From: an uncultured delta proteobacterium | GTDB taxonomy: Bacteria; Desulfobacterota; Desulfobacteria; Desulfobacterales; QNYZ01 | DNA: 64,000 bases | NCBI GenBank assembly: GCA_963845145.1 | Contig: CAWJQU010000005.1 | Span: 1,024,001-1,088,000 of the forward strand | Direction of reading: 5' to 3' | In this document: one piece after another, positions 59,454 through 64,000 of the stretch | Position numbering within the stretch: position 1 is the stretch's first letter | How the letters are laid out: each line of letters begins with the position of its first letter | Position numbers and translations under genes: made by a program | The notes under the pieces: model-generated | Database searches by the model: none | What the model was told of the DNA's origin: nothing | What the model saw: the letters and a program-made list of their open reading frames with translations, nothing else

Positions 59454-60179
59454 TTAAATACCTCCTTTGCTTGACTGGTAATGGGCCGGATTGAAGTCTC
59501 GAATATAAAAAATGTGTGGATTGGTCCCCAACTGCTCCCGCAAGCGGAAGGGACGAAACTTTCCCAATAGCTGACTCACTTTGCTGCCAGGGTCGCTGAT
59601 ATCGCCGAAAATTCGAGCGTCCCCCGGGCAGGCCTCAACGCACCGGGGAAGGTCTCCATTTTTCAACCGGTGGTCGCAGAAAGTACATTTTTCAACGACG
59701 CCCTTAGGGCGATTGTTAGCCAGTGTTGCCCCACGTTCGGGATTATAATAGGGGGTTCCTTTGCCCCCTGTTTTGGACACCATATCCGCCGGTGAAGAGG
59801 TAACATCTTTGATGACGGCGGTTTTTTCTCTCCAGAATGCGTGCGGCTTTTTCCAATTGAAATAAATGACACCGTAGGGACAATTGAACTCACAGTATTT
59901 GCAGCCGATGCATTTGTCGGGATCATGCATGGTGATGCCATTGTCTAACTTGTGCATCGCCTTGGTCGGGCACCCTCGGACACATGGCGCATTATCACAG
60001 TGGTTGCACAGGGTCGGAAGATAGTGGAAACGCACATTTGGAAACGTACCCGAGGTTTCCGTGATCTTGTTGGACCAGTAGATCCCATCCGGTACATTAT
60101 TTTCATTCCTGCAGGCGATGCTACAAGCCCCGCAGCCGACACATCGTTGCAGATCGATGACCATGGCATATCTTGGCAT
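59454..60179 (-). CDS. arrB: Respiratory arsenate reductase 4Fe-4S subunit
   Basis: CVGCGACSIAC, CNHCDNAPCVRGCP, CIGCKYCEFNCP, KCTFC; directly downstream of arrA. Confidence 0.85.
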   Translation of the reverse strand: MPRYAMVIDLQRCVGCGACSIACRNENNVPDGIYWSNKITETSGTFPNVRFHYLPTLCNHCDNAPCVRGCPTKAMHKLDNGITMHDPDKCIGCKYCEFNCPYGVIYFNWKKPHAFWREKTAVIKDVTSSPADMVSKTGGKGTPYYNPERGATLANNRPKGVVEKCTFCDHRLKNGDLPRCVEACPGDARIFGDISDPGSKVSQLLGKFRPFRLREQLGTNPHIFYIRDFNPAHYQSSKGGI

Positions 60180-60191
60180 TGTTATATCCTC

Positions 60192-62774
60192 CTATATTTT
60201 TTCGATTTTGACCCGCGTGCCGGCATGCCGGACGGTACTGCCGCTCATGCGCTCGTAGACGGCGGGGATCAGGTCGTTGTTGTTACCGCCTCGAGGCGTC
60301 TTGCCGAATTCTTTGGCCGCGAGACGGCCATAGGCCCAGTGCCCCTGGCCGTAGCATTTAGCCACCGTTCCCGGCCGAACGCCTTCCCAGAGTTTAGCAG
60401 TACACTCAATCTCTCCGGTGGGTGAGGTTAATCGGATCATGTCCCCGCTATTGACGCCAAGCGTTTTGCCGTCGATCGGATTGATTTTGGCCACATCGTC
60501 CCAGATCTCGTCTCCAGGATCGAGATCTTTGAACTCGTAATACCAACTACAGTTGGCCGAACGGCCTTCACGATTGAGCCTGGATTTGTGATCCACAAAG
60601 ACAAATGGGTAATCCTTTGGATCCCCTGCAATGTAAGGTTCTTCATAATGGGGAATAAAAGCCTGTTCTCCCCGGGCCTCATAGAATATGGCCTCCATCA
60701 CCTGGTCCACCGTGGCCTCGTGTTTTTCGGCGTGTTTTTGGAGGGCCTCCTTCAACGTTTCACTGTAAAACTCAAACATGCCGGTCTTGGTCTTCATCTT
60801 GCCCCAGCGTTTGCGATAGGGATACGGATCGGAGTTCCACACACCTACTTTTGCAAATTCCTCCCATCCGCTGAACTTGTCTCCGCCTTTGTATTTTGCC
60901 GGGTCCCAGAGATTCTGGGTCGCGAACTTTAGGGCATATAAGGCAAATTCTTTTTCGTTTTCGGGCTGTTTGCCGGTCTCCGGGTCGATGTAGGTTTTAT
61001 AATGACGCAGCAGGTTATCGAAACCTCGCTCCGCCAGCTTTTCGGCAAGGAGCCAGGGAACTTCAGTTTCATCGATCTTGTAGTCCCATACCAGGTCCAC
61101 AATGGGTTGCATGATGGTCACATGCCGATGGCCATTCCCGTGAGATTTGACATACCCCCACTTTTCAAACATATGGTGCGTGTTCGGCAGCACGATGTCA
61201 GAAAACCAGGTGAACTCCGATGCATTCGTCGTAATGTGGGTCACAAACGGAATTTTGGAGAGGGCCCGCTCCCAACGTTCCGGTTGCCCGCAGGAAAAAG
61301 TGAAGTTGTTCATGTAGCAGATCGCTACTTTGATCTCGTTTGGATCCTCATTGAGGATGCCATCGGCCGCATTGTTGGTGATAACCCCTCCGCCGGATTT
61401 GCCCTTGCTAATGCATGGAAATTCAAGTCTACCGCGCTGGTCAATTTTTTTGTGTTTCTTTCCTTTTTTGGCAATGTCGTCCATATATTCGTCTGGTTTG
61501 GGGAACTTGGTGGTGTACTCCTTGTTGGCTTTAAGGGTTCCGCCGACATTGTCCACACCACCGGTCAGTCCGTTTAAAGCATGGCAGATCATGCTGGCGT
61601 AGCCCCCGCGCACCTGCATGACCGGACCACCTCCCACCCAGGATATGGCATTAGGCGCCGCTTTACCGAAAGCGACGGCCACCTCACGAATCTGATCGGC
61701 CGGGATCCCGCTGCGCTCGGCGGCCCATTCGGGGGTTTTGTCCTTCAGCTCCAGGTTCCACCATTTCACCAGGCCGTAAGTATATTTTTCTTCGAAATCC
61801 TCCTCATTGACATATTGATTGAGTGAGAAATGATTCTCCCCATCGATAAAGTCACCCACGAAGGCCTTGTGCCACAGCCCCTCGGTCAGGATGACATGGG
61901 CTATGGCGGCCGCAATGGCGCCGTCATGTCCTGGCTTGACGGGCATCCAGATGTCGGCCTTGGCGCCGGTGGCGGAAAGTCTCGGCTCGACGACGACGAT
62001 CTGGGCCCGGTCGATGGTCGATCCCCAGGCTTGGGAGTAATAGGAAACCTGCCGGTTGGCCGCCAGTGGGTCCGCACCCCAAATGATCATGAAGCGCGTA
62101 TTTTCCACGTCGTACTGACGGTAATCCCATAAACCTTCCGTATAGTAGGCACCGAATTTTTCGGCCTCGGCGCAAATGGCGCTGTGGGATATGTTGTTAG
62201 GCGACCCGATAATTTTGGTCATGCGGTCGTAAAGAACGTCGCGCATGTAGGTGTAGCGTCCGCGCATAAGCATGTATTTGTAGGTTTCATCGTTGTTGCG
62301 CAGTTCCATGATTTTGTCAGCAATAGTATTCAACGCCTCGTCCCAAGTGATCGGTACGAACTGGGGATCTTCATGGCGCCCTTTTTTAGGATTGGTCCGC
62401 TTCATGGGGGTTTTGATCCGGTCTGGATCGTAGGCTTGCTGTATCCCCAGATGGGATCTCGGACAACCGGCGCCATTATTGACTTTGGAATGGGGATTGC
62501 CTCTGACTTTAACGGCTCTGCCGTCCACCACATAAACTTGTTTTGAGCACCAGGAAGTACATCCCTGGCACGTGGCCGGAAGCCACTGACCGGCACCGTT
62601 TTTCGATGCGGCGGTTGCCTCGGTCAGCGCATGGAGCTCAGGCTTAAGCCCCGCCCCGACAGCCACGGCGGCACCGGTTGTCGCCGTGGCTTTCATAAAT
62701 GACCGCCTTGACAGCTTGAAGTCACGTAGGAAGTCAGCCATAACCGTTTTTTGTTCGGAAGTCACTTTTTCCAT
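60192..62774 (-). CDS. arrA: Respiratory arsenate reductase catalytic molybdopterin subunit
   Basis: Tat signal SRRSFMK; CQGCTSWC...C cluster motif; RGRY; SHSAICAE Mo-ligand motif; GQGHWAYG; GGAGG RBS before ATG 62774. Confidence 0.88.
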   Translation of the reverse strand: MEKVTSEQKTVMADFLRDFKLSRRSFMKATATTGAAVAVGAGLKPELHALTEATAASKNGAGQWLPATCQGCTSWCSKQVYVVDGRAVKVRGNPHSKVNNGAGCPRSHLGIQQAYDPDRIKTPMKRTNPKKGRHEDPQFVPITWDEALNTIADKIMELRNNDETYKYMLMRGRYTYMRDVLYDRMTKIIGSPNNISHSAICAEAEKFGAYYTEGLWDYRQYDVENTRFMIIWGADPLAANRQVSYYSQAWGSTIDRAQIVVVEPRLSATGAKADIWMPVKPGHDGAIAAAIAHVILTEGLWHKAFVGDFIDGENHFSLNQYVNEEDFEEKYTYGLVKWWNLELKDKTPEWAAERSGIPADQIREVAVAFGKAAPNAISWVGGGPVMQVRGGYASMICHALNGLTGGVDNVGGTLKANKEYTTKFPKPDEYMDDIAKKGKKHKKIDQRGRLEFPCISKGKSGGGVITNNAADGILNEDPNEIKVAICYMNNFTFSCGQPERWERALSKIPFVTHITTNASEFTWFSDIVLPNTHHMFEKWGYVKSHGNGHRHVTIMQPIVDLVWDYKIDETEVPWLLAEKLAERGFDNLLRHYKTYIDPETGKQPENEKEFALYALKFATQNLWDPAKYKGGDKFSGWEEFAKVGVWNSDPYPYRKRWGKMKTKTGMFEFYSETLKEALQKHAEKHEATVDQVMEAIFYEARGEQAFIPHYEEPYIAGDPKDYPFVFVDHKSRLNREGRSANCSWYYEFKDLDPGDEIWDDVAKINPIDGKTLGVNSGDMIRLTSPTGEIECTAKLWEGVRPGTVAKCYGQGHWAYGRLAAKEFGKTPRGGNNNDLIPAVYERMSGSTVRHAGTRVKIEKI

Positions 62775-62856
62775 CACGCCTCCTGTAGAGTTAAATAACA
62801 AATCAGTTTCTCCTGATTGCTTGCTTCTCGCCCTGCACAAATGCCGTAGCGTTTCT

Positions 62857-63237
62857 TCACGAATTAAACGGCGAAGCGTTGTTCTCAAGTGCGCCGTTCA
62901 ATAAAAAAATCAACTCTTCCGGATCAACCGGTTTGGATACACAGGCAAAAATATGGGATCGCATGGATTCCTGAAGTTCCGGATGAAAAGGCTCGCCTGA
63001 AATGGCAAGTAGGGCCACCTTCGGGTTTGCTTTTTTGAATTTTCGAATATCTGCATTCGATAATATGACATTGTCCAGATCGATTAAGACCGCTGCCACG
63101 GACATGCTCTCCAAATGCGTTTCGACGATTTGAAGTGTTTTAGATGTCTGGGCTATGAAGTGATGCGTTTCAAGCTCCCGGCCTAATTTATCGGTCTGGT
63201 TTTGATCTGCGCCCACGAAAATAATCGTTCGTTCCAT
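62857..63237 (-). CDS. Stand-alone response-regulator receiver-like protein
   Basis: VLIDL, AISG, SKPVD receiver pattern; no output domain. Confidence 0.72.
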   Translation of the reverse strand: MERTIIFVGADQNQTDKLGRELETHHFIAQTSKTLQIVETHLESMSVAAVLIDLDNVILSNADIRKFKKANPKVALLAISGEPFHPELQESMRSHIFACVSKPVDPEELIFLLNGALENNASPFNS

Positions 63238-63331
63238 TGATTTTCACCTGATAATACAAGCTGTTAAATCGATTGGGACGCGCTGGGACTATTTGCCTAA
63301 TTCTACCATTTCCTAACCATCTCAATACATC

Positions 63332-63346
63332 GCAATATAAGTGCCA
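63332..63346 (-). promoter_or_regulatory. Sigma-54 promoter for the receiver-arr operon
   Basis: Minus strand TGGCAC-TTATA-TTGC, consensus -24/-12. Confidence 0.8.
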
Positions 63347-63718
63347 TATCGCTAACCAAAATGGTCACCTCGGCCCGCAATGGCAGTTTTAATCGAAATT
63401 GTATTTCTTAACCATCTGAATATATTAGTTTTATTTAAATCGGGCCGGATTTGCCTCTGGAAGATTCATTCCAAGAAAGAGCCGCATGTCGGCTGGCGAA
63501 CAGTTATAGTGGTGTGCGGAATTTGGACACTCTCATGCCAATATTCAAATATCACCTTAAATATCAGTGATTAATAGTGTGTTTGATTTAGTCAGATGCG
63601 TCTGAGACATCGTTTTCGAGGCTTTGAAAAGTTGATGAAATCGTAAAAAGTCATCAAGGTTGCCATTATGGGAAAGGGATGGGTGTCGATGGAAAAAGGG
63701 TAAATACTGATTTTTTGT

Positions 63719-64000
63719 TTAAGGGCGCTTGGGCGTTGCGATTTGATATTTTTTCAATTTGGAGTAAAGCGTACTCCGGCCGATGCCCAATCGTTTGGCC
63801 GCTTCCATTTTATTCCACCTGCTGGCCTCAAGCGCTTCCAGTAAAAGGTTTTTCTCCGTCCCCTGGAGGGTTCGACCGGGGTCAACTTTAGGGGCTTCGT
63901 CCGGCGTATTGACGATATTGGCCGGCAGATCGGTTGTCTGAATTTCGCCGCGGTTACTTAACACAACCGCATGTTCGATACTGTTTTCAAGCTCACGTAC
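63719..64000 (-). CDS. C-terminus of a sigma-54-dependent activator (Fis-type HTH), cut by the window edge
   Basis: VRELENSIEHAVV, WNKMEAAKRLGIGRSTLYSKLKKY. Confidence 0.88.
   Translation of the reverse strand, partial: VRELENSIEHAVVLSNRGEIQTTDLPANIVNTPDEAPKVDPGRTLQGTEKNLLLEALEASRWNKMEAAKRLGIGRSTLYSKLKKYQIATPKRP

Noticed and set aside
60192..62774. ArxA arsenite oxidase or polysulfide reductase
   Set aside because: It has the ArrA-type RGRY motif rather than the ArxA GRGW motif, with ArrA-like CQGCTSWC and SHSAICAE segments.
63632..63657. ttgatgaaatcgtaaaaagtcatcaa as a mobile-repeat end or activator site
   Set aside because: Only a short imperfect palindrome with no partner end; too weak to call.
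1..64000. CRISPR array
   Set aside because: No run of equal repeats with unique spacers was seen; the repeats are tandem, palindromic or widely separated.

Overview
A 64 kb chromosomal segment whose gene content suggests an anaerobic Desulfobacterota (Desulfobacterales-like) bacterium; this is inferred from protein style, not from a marker gene. The left part holds a biotin-dependent carboxyltransferase/transcarboxylase cluster, sucCD, hypAB, two tRNA-Ser genes, ferritin, mntP, fumC, an ExeA-ankyrin/OmpA pair and assorted enzymes. The 24-54 kb stretch is an accessory mosaic. It contains cassette-like genes and gene stubs, and a GntR-led operon (Liv-type ABC transporter, FAD amine oxidase, divergent HemB, divergent OYE, RidA, EamA) whose first transporter gene is split by a 1687-bp IS. 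It also contains a group II intron inserted into catalytic domain V of another group II intron, an IS1595 remnant, an attC-like site and an HEXXH protease. A 50-bp direct repeat (49/50 identical) brackets 17.6 kb of this region. The right end carries a respiratory arsenate reductase locus (arrA, arrB, NrfD anchor, TorD chaperone) behind a sigma-54 promoter. About a dozen short frameshifts, including in sucC, point to uncorrected assembly errors, so pseudogene calls are tentative. All family assignments come from recognising motifs by eye; no database search was run.
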